From: Sminthopsis crassicaudata
Lineage: Eukaryota
Direction of reading: 5' to 3'
Length of the DNA: 64,000 nt
Assembly: GCF_048593235.1 (NCBI RefSeq)
Contig: NC_133621.1
Span: 65,773,148 to 65,837,147 of the forward strand
Positions 36,660-47,639 of the stretch are shown piece by piece. The notes under the pieces were generated by a model. That model saw nothing but the letters and a program-made list of their open reading frames with translations. It did no database searches and was not told the origin of the DNA. How positions within the stretch are numbered: position 1 is the stretch's first letter; every line of letters begins with the position of its first letter. Position numbers and translations under genes: made by a program.

Positions 36660-37569
36660 ATCTTGCCTTCCTAAACTACTATGCCATGCATAGCTTTTGC
36701 TCCAGTGGGGACACAGCCAGCTATTGTCATTGCCTTAAGGATGGTACTACTTGAGTAACTTCATCATGAAATTGGGCAAAGAATTATCCAGACTGCTTAT
36801 GGATGAGATGCTTTGGATACCTATGTGCCACTACTAAGTAACAAACTTTTGCATGGAGTAAGTGGTGACAGAACTTGGGAAGGAGTCAGAAAGGTTGTTT
36901 TCCATTAATGCAGTCTTGTAGAAAAAAAGCTGACATTAAGATAGAAAGCAAATAATTAAAGAATCATTTTGCTCATGCAGCTATTTTTATATACATATTT
37001 GTGTGTATGAGTGTCTACACCTCAGAGTTGCTTTTGTTTGTGTTTTTTATTATTATTAGTGATTTAGAGCATTCTTTCCTGTGGTTGTTAATAGTTTTCG
37101 ATTGTACTTTTGAGAAGTTTGTTCATAATCTTCAGTCACTTATCCATTGAGGATGCATATTTTATTTTTTTTTAAATTACACTTCAAGATAAATTCACTT
37201 GAATTTGTTACTATGTTCAAGACCAAGCTAAGCGTTAGGGATACAAAGAAAGTCAAATAGGTTCCCTGGCTGCAGGAAGTTAACATTCTAATGGAAAAGA
37301 ATGTCCTGGGTATTATTTCCTGTATGTGTTGAGAACCCCCTGAATGAATAGAAAGTCTTGAGTTGGGTGACAGGGGGAAAGGGAGAGGGAAAGCAAAGAT
37401 GACCTCCCCCCTCCCACACACACACAGCTTAATTACTGGGAAAGGAGTTATGAGGAGCTATGATATCAGTTGGGAACAGCACATTAGTATCATTCCCAAT
37501 CAACCCTCCTATCTGTGCAGCACAATTTAGCACTTTCTTACCCCCTTATGCCACGGAAGGGAAAGGCTA

Positions 37570-37800
37570 TGGCCTACTGTATAGTGGCCTGGCCTTGAAA
37601 TTAAGAAAGTCTGGGTGGAAGTACTGCTTCTATCTCATAATAACTCTATGATCATGGACAAGTGACTTAACCTCTCAGTGACCCCAGGCAACTACTCTTA
37701 TCGATGAAGTTACTGATGTAGTTCTGATCTGTTTTGGTGGAAGGGCTTATTCAGATTTGGAGTCCCTTACGCCTGATGAAATGATAAATATGAACCCCCC
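37570..37800 (+). mobile_element. CORE-SINE with RTE-like tail (WALLSI4/Mar3 type)
   Basis: AAGTGACTTAACCTCTCAGTGACCCCAGGCAACT...GATGAAAT. Confidence 0.6.
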
Positions 37801-38499
37801 AAAAGTATTTTTCCCATTAATTGTTTCATTTTACAACTCTTATTTCCGCGAATGGATTACAAACTACTTGTAAAGAGTTTTTTTTCATAACCCACAGAAC
37901 CTAGCACAGTGCCAGACATTTCAGTATTCCATATATGGTTATTTGTATTAAATAATTTCCTGAAAAATGGTAATTAGGATCAGTGTGGGGCTAATTTTAA
38001 CGTGGCCAAACCAACTGGCCAGAGCTATTTATATACTAACCACTAAGGTTTATGTAGTGCTAAAAGCTTTGCAAAGAACTTTTTTTACATTTTCATGTGT
38101 GCCTCAAAACAATTCTGGAAGGCTGGTATTTCCGTAATGTTGATGAGACCCAATACACATAGCAAGTAAAAGTCAGAGGGAGAAGCTGAATCCAGGTTTT
38201 GGTGGATCAAATTCCTCATTCATCTGGTTACTTCATACAAGCAAAGCAAATGTTTGAGGTACACAGGCACACCCCTAAAATTGTGAGATTTTAATTTTTT
38301 TCTGAAAGGTGCAATAACATGAAGAGACACTAAAAATCAGTTAGTCTAACCCTTGGATTTTACAGATGAAGAAATTTAGAAGCTAACTAAATCACACAGA
38401 CACTAAGCAAACCCAGAATTTGGGCTCACTTCTAACTTCAAATCCAGGATCCTTTTACAAAATATAGTTGTTGTTATTTTTCGTTTGGTTGTTTTTTTG

Positions 38500-38530
<31 letters not shown>

Positions 38531-38614
38531 TAGCTTTGGGAGCTAAGAGAACGAGGTAGGAACTTGATTTGTCCCATCTTCGGAGCTAATGTGGAATTCT
38601 AGATCGAGCCCGGG

Positions 38615-38780
38615 ATGAGTAGGTAGGAGAGCTCTCTTTTAGTCCCAGACCTGGCCCTAGACTACTGAGTGACCTCAGGCAAGCCATTTAACTCAGGCTT
38701 CCCTCTGCCCATCTGGAAAATGATGGGGTTGCACTGGATGGCTTCCAAGGTCCCTTCCCACTCCCACATCCCGATTTCCC
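38615..38780 (+). mobile_element. MIR3 immediately upstream of the CpG island
   Basis: GACCTCAGGCAAGCCATTTAAC...CATCTGGAAAATGATGGGGTTG...AAGGTCCCTTCC. Confidence 0.7.
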
Positions 38781-38962
38781 CAGGGTCTTTATTTAAAAGC
38801 AAACCCCCCAACTTCACAAGTCCCCAGCTGAGGCTTCCCTGCCTCCTGCCTCATATAGGTGCTCTTCCTGGGACGCACCCTTGCACACATGGCACACATC
38901 CCGGGCTTCTCATGCATTCGGGGCACGGATTGCGGGTGTTTGGCTTAGCTAGGACACAGCTC

Positions 38963-38976
38963 GGGTCCAGGTGAGC
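38963..38976 (+). promoter_or_regulatory. candidate splice donor of an upstream alternative first exon
   Basis: TCCAG|GTGAGC at 38970/38971. Confidence 0.35.
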
Positions 38977-39262
38977 CGTCAAGTTCAGGAGCGCAGCCGG
39001 AGCAGCCCACCTGTGCCAGAACATAAGCGTGCCCTCCAGGTTTTCCGAAGGTTACCCCGATACCTTCCTCTCTTTCCTTCTCTCCCACCCCTCTTCATTT
39101 CTTCTCCCTCGCTCTGCCTGTCTCTCTCCCCTCCCCCACCCTACCCCCTCTACTTCTCTCGTCCCTGTCCAGCGCTCCCCCCTCAGCCCCGCCACCCTGC
39201 ACCCCTGCGGAGACTCGAACCGCTAACCGGGGGCTGCACGCGGAGGAAGGAGGGTGGGAGGC

Positions 39263-39274
39263 ACTTACTTCCAA
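39263..39274 (-). promoter_or_regulatory. candidate antisense splice donor (divergent transcript exon 1 end)
   Basis: The minus strand reads TTGGAA|GTAAGT; last exonic base 39269. Confidence 0.45.
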
Positions 39275-39287
39275 GTCGTGGAGCCTA

Positions 39288-39326
39288 GGGGAGGGTAGGA
39301 GTGGGGAGGAGGGAGGGGGCCGGGGG
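39288..39326 (+). other. G-quadruplex-forming motif
   Basis: Six G-runs of 3-5 with loops of 1-7 nt. A second motif lies on the minus strand at 39128-39148. Confidence 0.75.
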
Positions 39327-39346
39327 AGGTGGCGGCAGAAGCAGCG

Positions 39347-39489
39347 GGAGGAGGAGGAGGAGGAGGCGGAGGAGGCGGAGGGCGAGGCGCACTAGGCATG
39401 CTCGCTCAGCAGCGGCCGCTTCAGGCTGGGCTGCTGGCTCGTTCGCTCGCTCACAACCCCGCGGCCGGGGACGGCGGCGGCGGCGGCGG
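39347..39489 (+). repeat. (GGA)6-GGC-(GGA)2-GGC-GGA and (CGG)6 repeats in the putative 5' UTR
   Basis: Direct reading at 39347-39379 and 39472-39489. Confidence 0.95.
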
Positions 39490-39518
39490 CTGCGGCGGGG
39501 CCGGCAGCGGGAGGCAGC

Positions 39519-39534
39519 ATGAAGGAGCCTCTCG
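39519..39534 (+). CDS. putative coding start in exon 1 of an unidentified gene (MKEPL, phase-1 donor)
   Basis: GGCAGCATGA context (A at -3) then CTCG|GTAAGT consensus donor inside the CpG island. The exon boundary is well supported; use of this ATG is not proven. Confidence 0.55.
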
Positions 39535-40555
39535 GTAAGTCCCTGACTTCCTCGTCTTCTGCCTTGCGCCCCTCCACCCCCAATTCTTACACCGCTTTCG
39601 CGTGTCTCCTGCAGCCGGAGCCCTGCCTTTCTCCCCTCCGAACTTTTGCAGCCTGGGACCTGCCCCCGCCCCCACAGTCCTCTCCCGCGGACAGCTTCGG
39701 GTGAGGGATGTTAGTAAGGGAAGCCAACCTGCGCTCCCCTCCTCCCCTACGACCCCCGGCCGCAGCCCCCCGCGGTACTGCAGCTCCTTCCTTAGGCGTC
39801 CTCCGCCCTCTGGCTCTGCCCGGGGAGCGCTGGTGCGGGCGGCAGCGGCGGCGGCTCTGCCCTTCGGGGTGCTCGCTTTACCCCCACCCCGCCCCCAAAT
39901 GGGGGGGTCGGCGACTCTGCGCCCTTTTGCGCGCTCCGGTTCCAGGGCTGCGCCCTGAGCGCACGCCGCCCGAGCCTGCAAACTCTCCTGGAGGATGGTC
40001 CCTTCTCTCCGCCAGCTTTCTTTCTTCTCGGGGCTTCACCTTGCCTGTCCCTGTGCTCCCTCGGCACCAGCCTATCGCAGGGGCCAAGAGGACGAGCTGC
40101 GGTCTTTTGCCCTCTCTCTTTTTGGAGGCTCCTCCCTGTCCCCTGAGTTCCCCAACTTCGTAGGGGGCGATCCTGCAGTGTTTCCTATTTGACATCTCTT
40201 CTTGAGGCAACCACAAATGGGCAGACCACCCTTAGGGGAGCCTCCGTTCTGCGGCAACCCCGAATCGGGCACTAACTGCATTAACATTTTAAAGTTCCAG
40301 ATCCAAAGCTCTGCCCTTTGCCTTTTCCCCCTCCCTCCGCCTCCCTCTGTTGCCTGTTTAAATGACCACATGCAAGGGAAAGGCTGGTGATTGCCTGATC
40401 TCCTCGGCTCCTGCCGCTGCTGGCACACACCCACGTGTACACCACACACAGTTTAAGGTCTGGGGGATTATGACTCTAATCTCTGGCTGTGAATTCTGAG
40501 CACTGTTTCTTCTGTGGTGTTTATTGTTCTTGTTAAAGGGGAGGGGGGAAGGGAG

Positions 40556-40685
40556 NNNNNNNNNNNNNNNNNNNNNNNNNNNNNNNNNNNNNNNNNNNNN
40601 NNNNNNNNNNNNNNNNNNNNNNNNNNNNNNNNNNNNNNNNNNNNNNNNNNNNNNNNNNNNNNNNNNNNNNNNNNNNNNNNNNNNN
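40556..40685. other. assembly gap
   Basis: N run after a G-rich tract. Confidence 1.
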
Positions 40686-42029
40686 AGCTCAATTATGAGC
40701 CTTGCAGCCTCTTCTATCTCTGATTCCCACAAGCATCTCACCCCAATCCCCCTCTCACCCCACCCCTCCACAGAGAAGTGCCGTAATCGGCCATAAAATG
40801 TCACAGCAACTACAGCTTCCTTAGATGTTGGGATCACAAGCCCAGGACTGAAGCAGGGTTGTATTCCCGCTGCTGCAGTCTACAAGATTGAAAGACCCGC
40901 CTTTGCTTCCTTCTTGTTACTGGTAATAGAAACTAATATCTCCGATGCTTCTGTGTGTTTAAAAAAATTAACTGTGATTTCACTACTAAAGAATCAGAAA
41001 GCAAAACTTTTTGGTCAGCGAAGCTTGACCATACCCAATAAACTCACTGGGGTGTTTGTATGTGTTAAGCTATTCAGAATTAAATTGACCAAATCTGACG
41101 TTTCCCTCCCCCAACCCCGTCCTAATCACCTTTCCGTCCTCTCCCCATCCCCAGTTTCATTTCTCAGATCCTGAGTGAATTATCTTCCCGCTGAGAAAGA
41201 GGGATGGAGGAGTAAGGGATATAGCCCAGAGTTCCTAGCTCTGACATTTGGATGTCATTTCTTTTTCTGTTCATTCTATTTTCCATCTGCCAGAGCTCTT
41301 TGCCCCATTCTTTTTCAGTCCAGCAAACAGGAGAGTCCACAACCTTCAAAGAGATCAAAATCAGTGTGAGTTCTGAATTCACTTTTTTTAAAAATAGAAG
41401 TGAGGATAGGTGATTTTTAAATTGCATGAACTGAATAATACTTTTTTTTTAATATAAAAAGGAGGCTTAGCATTTGAATGGTTAGATATTACAATGTATT
41501 ACACTGTTTTATTTTGTTTTGGTTTTTTTTTTGGTCTGGATCTAAAACCTTTTTTTTTTGGAGGGAGGGGTAGGGGAAGCTCCCAGGACTAAACTCCCTT
41601 TGCGGATGTGTATTTTCAACACTGTAATTTATAGTCTAGGGTAGGTAAAGTAACTTGCCTATGGTCAAAGACCTGGTATGTGTCAGAGGAAGAACTATAC
41701 TGACTCAATGGCCCATGCTTTGCTCTGTCCACTACTTCGTGCTCCTTTTCAAGATATATTGCTAGATAGTTTAAGTTTTGGACATTAAAATTAAGAAATG
41801 TGAAGAGTTCGGATAAACTAGAAATACAGTATTTTGTTAGGGCAATTTAAGAGTCACTTTGAAAGACAAATGCCTTAAAAAGCTGATTTGATAACTTCAC
41901 ACTATGAATAGTGAGGCTTGGGGGATACATCTCTCAATATAAGATTAGGTAATTGATCTATAATGTGATGTAAGAATTCATTTTTATCATCTTTATCCTG
42001 AAACTTAGCATGTCAAGTGGAATGAATAA

Positions 42030-42260
42030 CTAACTGAGAGAATGCTGGATTTGGAATTAGAACTCTGGATTCAAATATTGCCTTGGACACTAGTTGTGAC
42101 CTTCAGCAAGTTATTTGACCATGCCCTGCTTCCATATCCTAATCTGTAAAAGGGAGTTATAATACATTAGCATTTACCTCACTAGATTGTTGATAGTCTC
42201 AAATGAAATATTTGTGAAGTGCTCTGAAGTCTTTAAAAACCTATATAAATTTTATATTAT
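42030..42260 (+). mobile_element. MIR
   Basis: GGATTCAAAT...TTGTGACCTT...ATCTGTAAAAGGG...GAAATATTTGTGAAGTGCT. Confidence 0.7.
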
Positions 42261-42369
42261 AGTCATTCCATAACTACAGGTTTTTTTTTGTTTTTGCTTC
42301 TTTTATTTTTATTTTTTTTAAAGATTATACCTTTGGATGGGAACTAGAGTATTACTTGGGAGGCTCTAT

Positions 42370-42522
42370 TTTAAAATAAAAAGAGTGTATTTTTTTAAAC
42401 TTCCTCCTATGTTACTTAAAACATCTAGATTAAATATTTCATTCTACTATCTGAGTTTTTTTTATTTAAAATAAAAAGGGTGTATCTTTTAAATTTCCTC
42501 CTATGTTACTTAAAACATCTAG
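42370..42522 (+). repeat. 58-59-bp direct duplication with a 36-bp spacer
   Basis: TTTAAAATAAAAAG(A/G)GTGTAT...TTCCTCCTATGTTACTTAAAACATCTAG at 42370-42428 and 42465-42522. Confidence 0.92.
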
Positions 42523-44333
42523 GTGTCAAATAGGGTAAAATGTTACAAGAACTTGGATTGGCTTGTCTATCTCATCATAATCTGTGGCCAGAGATTAGTC
42601 ACCTATTATTTATTAGCTCCATATTTGTTGTTATTAAGTGATTGAGGGTACTGGGAGTAAACAAGGGCCTATTTGTTCAGTGAGAAAAGCCAACATTGTG
42701 ATAATGGTTGGTTTTGGTTTTGGTTTTTTGTTTTTGATGAAAGAATTTTTTATAATCAGTTATGTCACATATCCAGGAGAAAGTTCTAATATAACCTAAG
42801 TTTTCTTTCCTCCAACTCTCCTACCCCTACCCCAACCCCAATTGGTTGTATTTAAAGAAAAATATAGTCCTAATTTTGTGGTGGTAATGAATTTGAAACA
42901 AGTTCCTGTAGGAATGCAAAGTCCTGTTTAAATAAATTTGGCTAGAATCCACCCTAATTAATCTAAGGGGAATTCTGGGGCTGAGAGAATTGAATATGAA
43001 GCAATTGTGCTTTTTATTTTTTTTTTCTCTGACAAGGAAAAAACTGTTTCTGAAATCCTCTGGGTCTGTTGCTGAACCCATTATTACATCTTATTTGGTT
43101 TTAACAGATGTTGTTTTCCACCTCTTGGATGGAAAGGGTTATCTCACTTGCTAAAACCTTGCCATTGTGCTTTGTTTCAAGGGCCTGCTGACTTAAGGAA
43201 TGCTGGGGGAAGCTTACTCACAAAATCCAGCCTAAAAGGAAAGGGTAGGTCAAACTTTAAACACTTTGATATCGCCTTTAAGATCCAAACCTCTTCTATA
43301 TAAGTGCTTTAATGGGGAACAGAAAAGGATGACCTCTCAAATCTTATCTTGAAAAAAATTGAAACTTTAGTATTATCATTGTTTGCCTATTTCATCTACT
43401 TTTAACTTTACCTTTAAAAACTTAGTTGTGGATATTCTGGGTACACAAGCAAAAACATATCCATATCTAAAAACTACAGCATATATTGGTTATAACTTCC
43501 TGCCAGAATCTGCTAAAATTTTCATGGATATCTAAATGTAAACAGTCAAAATTCAATATGTAGAGGGAAAAAAGACACCCAAGCAAAAATAAACAAAAAC
43601 AAACAAACAAAAATACTTCTCTAACTCCATAGTTATTAGGATGTATTAGGTTACTTGTCAACTTTTTTTTTCTTTTTTCTTTTGGTACTGACCTGTCATT
43701 TCATCCACATAGGGTACTCCTGGAACTAGTCAGTTCCTAAAACTGCATATCTTAGCACACCTTACATTTCTGGATGTGGATTTGGATTGAGAATAATAGA
43801 TTAAATATTTTGGTCTACTATCTGATTTTATAAAGCTGTCTTACAGTTAAGAAACTGCTCCCCTCCACATACACATTCCTATGTCTTGAGGATCTGAGAA
43901 ATTAGAAAGTGTTTGGTCTTACTCTTTATGAAATGACTTGTAATGCATTTTAAAATGTAGCAGTATTTAAGTTGTAATAAATGAATAAGGCTACTGCTAT
44001 TATTGTACAGAAGAATATATAGATGAAAGAAAAGTCAAGAAAAGAAAAAATTTTCAAATCTGAATATAGTGGTGAGGAAGATGAGACATTAGGAGCAACA
44101 ATGTGACTGAGTAGAAAAAGGCTTTGAATCCAAAGACTTAGTTCCTACTGTGAGAATATGAGTAAATCATTTAACCACTCTGAAACTCAGTTTCTTCATA
44201 TATACTGATACAGTGGATAATAATGCAATGCTAGGATAATTGTGAGAAGAGTATTCTGCCAACTTTAAAATACTATATAAATATTGGCAACTTTTAATAT
44301 TATATAATTAAGTAAGAGGAAATAACATTTTTA

Positions 44334-45243
44334 GTTGTAAATTTTTTCTAGTAAATTTATTTTTTAACACATATTACTTTATGAATCATATTGGGAGAGA
44401 AAAATCAGAACAAAAGGGAAAAAACGGGAGAGAGATTAAAAAAACAAACAAACAAACAAAAAAACAGAAAAAAAAGTTGTAGAGGGCTGAAACTCTAAAA
44501 AGGTATGCTTGAATCAGATAATCCAGCACTTAAAGCTAATTACCTATTTGATGTGAGATAATGACTCCATTAGCATATTCTTGGATAATGGCTCTTCTCA
44601 CCCTTGGTGCTTGCTGAATGTTTGGTGTTAAGGTAATTGTAGGTAAGGATTAGAGGGGGTGGGAGGAGGAGGGCCCAGAGTCACTTGGCTGCAGGATGAG
44701 GAGGAGAGAGGTTGGTGACTTTGGACTCCAGAATCCAGGATTCTACTTGTCTGCCTCCTTTACTTCTCCCCCTAAAGATCAAGGACCTTAATTATCCTGG
44801 CTCTGGCTGATCCTGAGGCCCTCCAGGTAGCTACTTTACAAGAAATGAACATAACTAAGTCTCCTTAGTTCTTTTTCTGGATACAGATGGCATTTTCTGT
44901 CCAAAATCTATTGGGATTGCTTTGGATCACCAAACCACTGAGAAGAACCAACCCTTTCATAGTTGATCAGCACATGTTCTTGCTGTTATTGTGTATGATG
45001 TATTCTGCTTATTTTGCTCAGTATCAGTTCATGTAAATCATTACAGGTCTTTCTAAAATTATCTTGTTTCTCATTTTTTTGTAGAGCAAATTTTGTAGAG
45101 CAATAATATTCCATTATCTTCATATATCACAACTTGCTCAGCCATTCTGTAATTGATGGGCATCTATTCATTTTCCAGTTCTTTGATACCACAAAAAGAG
45201 CTGCTACAAACATTTTTGCACATGTGGGTCCTTTTCTCTCTTT
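44334..45243 (-). mobile_element. 5'-truncated L1 with TSD, split by a solo LTR
   Basis: L1 3' UTR plus the ORF2 end (GATGGGCATC...CCAGTTCTTTG). TSD TAAGAGGAAATAACATTTTTA (44313-44333) / TAAGAGGGAATAGCATTTTTA (45244-45264), 19 of 21 identical. Confidence 0.9.
44478..44840. mobile_element. ERV solo LTR, 363 bp
   Basis: TGTAGAG...TTTACA (TG..CA ends) interrupting the L1 3' UTR. Flanks AAAAGT / AGAAAT fit a decayed 6-bp TSD. Confidence 0.8.
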
Positions 45244-46179
45244 TAAGAGGGAATAGCATTTTTAAGAGGAGAAAAACATTCCATACTCGAGCCATTCTAA
45301 CTTGAACTTGAGCCTAGTACCAAACCCAGTAAGATACTAGTGTTCTATGACATTTTTGATTTTAAACACCAATTTCCAGATTTTTCTGTCCCCTTCAGAA
45401 ACTCTAACTCGGTGAAGAAGTCCTAATTAGAATGATGATTTCAAAGATTAAGTACTTCTTTGGACAGTCTGCAGTGTTTCCCACAAATGTGAGGCTCTGG
45501 CTTCAATATCACAGTGATGTGGGAAGAATTTTTGAATTTAATGCTTAGGTATTTTAAATGGAACTGTTGAACAATTCTGCTTAATAATTAAGATAACAGA
45601 AACTGGCAGTCTTATTTCTAAGAATGGAATCAAACAGTTTGGCCATTTGGTGGGTTGGGGTGGAGCGAGGATGACATGTATCACTTTGTAATTCACTTAT
45701 GTCCAGTTTTTTAATGCCTTGGATATTTACCTTTTGTTTAATGAGAGTACATTGTTGTTCATTAATCATAACATTAGAACTCAGTTGAAGAAAACATTTA
45801 CACTGAACTTCTAATAACTCCAAAAACCAGTTACATCTTAAGTATGGAATGTCAGTGAATACAGCTTAGAAGTTGCATATTTGGGGAGTTGGGTAGGGAG
45901 GGGGTGGAGAATGGGAAATTCCTTGAGGCTGGAAACTTGGGATGTTTTTAAAGTAATTATATATCGAGTTTTGTCAGCAGTGCCCCATACTGTAAGCTTA
46001 TCACAAACAAGTTAATCAGTTCATGTCACAGGTTGTAAAACTATACCAGAATCTTATATGATTTGGCTTTGCATAACACATAATGGAATTCTTTATTAAT
46101 CTTCAGGGTTGTTTTTTTCCCTCAGTCTTCCTCTAGTTATTCACAATTGGGTTTTTGTTATTATATTGTGGCCTATTAG

Positions 46180-47110
46180 AGCACTATATTTGAAAGAAGA
46201 ACACTGAGATTCAGGTTCTTTTAGACACTGCCTGTGTGATCATGGGAAAATGAGAAAAAACACCTCAGTTACCACAGCTATAAAATGGGGACAGTATTGC
46301 TTGCAATACATACATCTCAGGGTTGTTATGGGATAAACACTTGAAGTGCTATGTGAATGTGACTTATTATTAAGCCTCTCCTGGCTGCAGAGATGAAGTT
46401 AGGGAGAAGTCAAAGTTCTGAGTTTATTTTATGATTACACTACATTTTATTGAATAGTTTTAGAGATATAGGATCCATCCCCATGTTGACCTGATAATTT
46501 TGCTTTTAAGTGACCATAGAATATTCTTAACTAACCGATTATCTGCCAAATGGACACCATTGGTCACAAGGGAAATCATCTAGATGGATGCTCAGGAATT
46601 CAGGGATTCATTCCCATTAGTAGAAAAAACAACTTGAGAATCCATGCTCCATTTATAGTGAGTGATTCATTAGTCTTATCTTTATAAATTAATGTTGGTC
46701 CCTTACGTTTGTGTGCATGGATCTGTTATCCCTATTGAAATCTTGCTCCAGCTTTTCATCTGTTGCCTAGAGGTAACCCTGAATTCTTATAGGTTGTAAC
46801 AGTAGAGAAGAAATGTTGGCAGGTTCTTCTGGGTTGGGAAAAATCGAAATACAGATGCAGAAACAAGAGGTATCTGTTACCTAGGAAACTGTCTCAGTTC
46901 TGGGGTTCAGCAGAAAGTGGAGATTTAGAGCTGCAAGAGACCATAGAGATCATCTATTCTAACCCCTTCATTTTACCCATGAGGAGGGAAACTAAGGTAC
47001 AGAGAAGTTGTGAGTTGCCTTAACTTATACAAGTGTTAAGTTCTTACTCATTATTAAGTTGAAGCAAGGTCTTCTGAATCCAAATCCAGCTCTCTCATAG
47101 ACTCTGCTTC
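46180..47110. mobile_element. MIR (+, about 46180-46370) and MIR3 (-, about 46915-47110)
   Basis: Core motifs, plus GATTTAGAGCTGCAAGAGACC...CATCTATTCTAACCCC. Confidence 0.65.
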
Positions 47111-47346
47111 CTACGGGATGAAAGAATTCTCATCCTCTGGGGTAGAAAGAGTCCCCAGTACAGTGAAATAACATAATTTTAGTTGCTCCATCTCAGTAGT
47201 TCATGTGCTTTATAATAGATACTAACCTTCTGGTGGGCCTAATATTAAGTTTGATTATTTTCAGCAGTAAATTCAATTTGAGAAAAAAAAATCATCAAGA
47301 AAATGAAGACATGGGAAAGTATAATTAGCAAAAGTAATTTCTGATA

Positions 47347-47578
47347 GGGTTGCTGGGTGACCAAGTAGATGGAGCATTGGGCGTGGTATCAGGAAGAACT
47401 GAGTTCAAATCAAACCTCAGACACTTACTGTGATCCTGGGCAAGTCACATAACTGTTTGCCTCAATTTTCTTATCTGAGTTAGGGAAGAAAATGACAAAA
47501 CATTCTAGTATCTTGCCAAGAAAACGTCAAATGGGGTCATAAAGAGCTAGTCATGATTGAAATGATTGAACAGAAGCA
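47347..47578 (+). mobile_element. Mar1-type SINE
   Basis: CORE head followed by TCTTGCCAAGAAAAC..AAATGGGGTCATAAAGAG...TTGAACAG. Confidence 0.8.
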
Positions 47579-47639
47579 TAAATTTTTGATATGTTTATAG
47601 TGAATGTTAGAAATTAATGTCAGTCGTTAATCTCTTGTT

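Larger units (their letters stand above)
38870..40440. promoter_or_regulatory. CpG-island promoter
   Basis: Abrupt change to GC-rich, CpG-dense sequence in an otherwise CpG-depleted window. Contains GC-box-like GGAGGCGGAG motifs and splice donors. Confidence 0.92.

Noticed and set aside
39519-39534. MKEPL is also the N-terminus of human ZMYM1 and ZMYM6
   Set aside because: Five residues are not diagnostic. As I recall, in those genes the ATG lies in a longer downstream exon rather than a 16-nt CpG-island exon end, and no ZMYM-like exon is visible downstream. No gene symbol assigned.
39029-40449. Many overlapping 60-176 aa ORFs on both strands
   Set aside because: Expected from stop-codon scarcity in GC-rich DNA. 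They are Pro/Arg/Gly/Ala-rich, have no recognisable domain and run through the splice donor.
42370-42522. Repeat-spacer-repeat resembling a CRISPR unit
   Set aside because: Only two 59-bp repeats, mammalian context and no cas genes.
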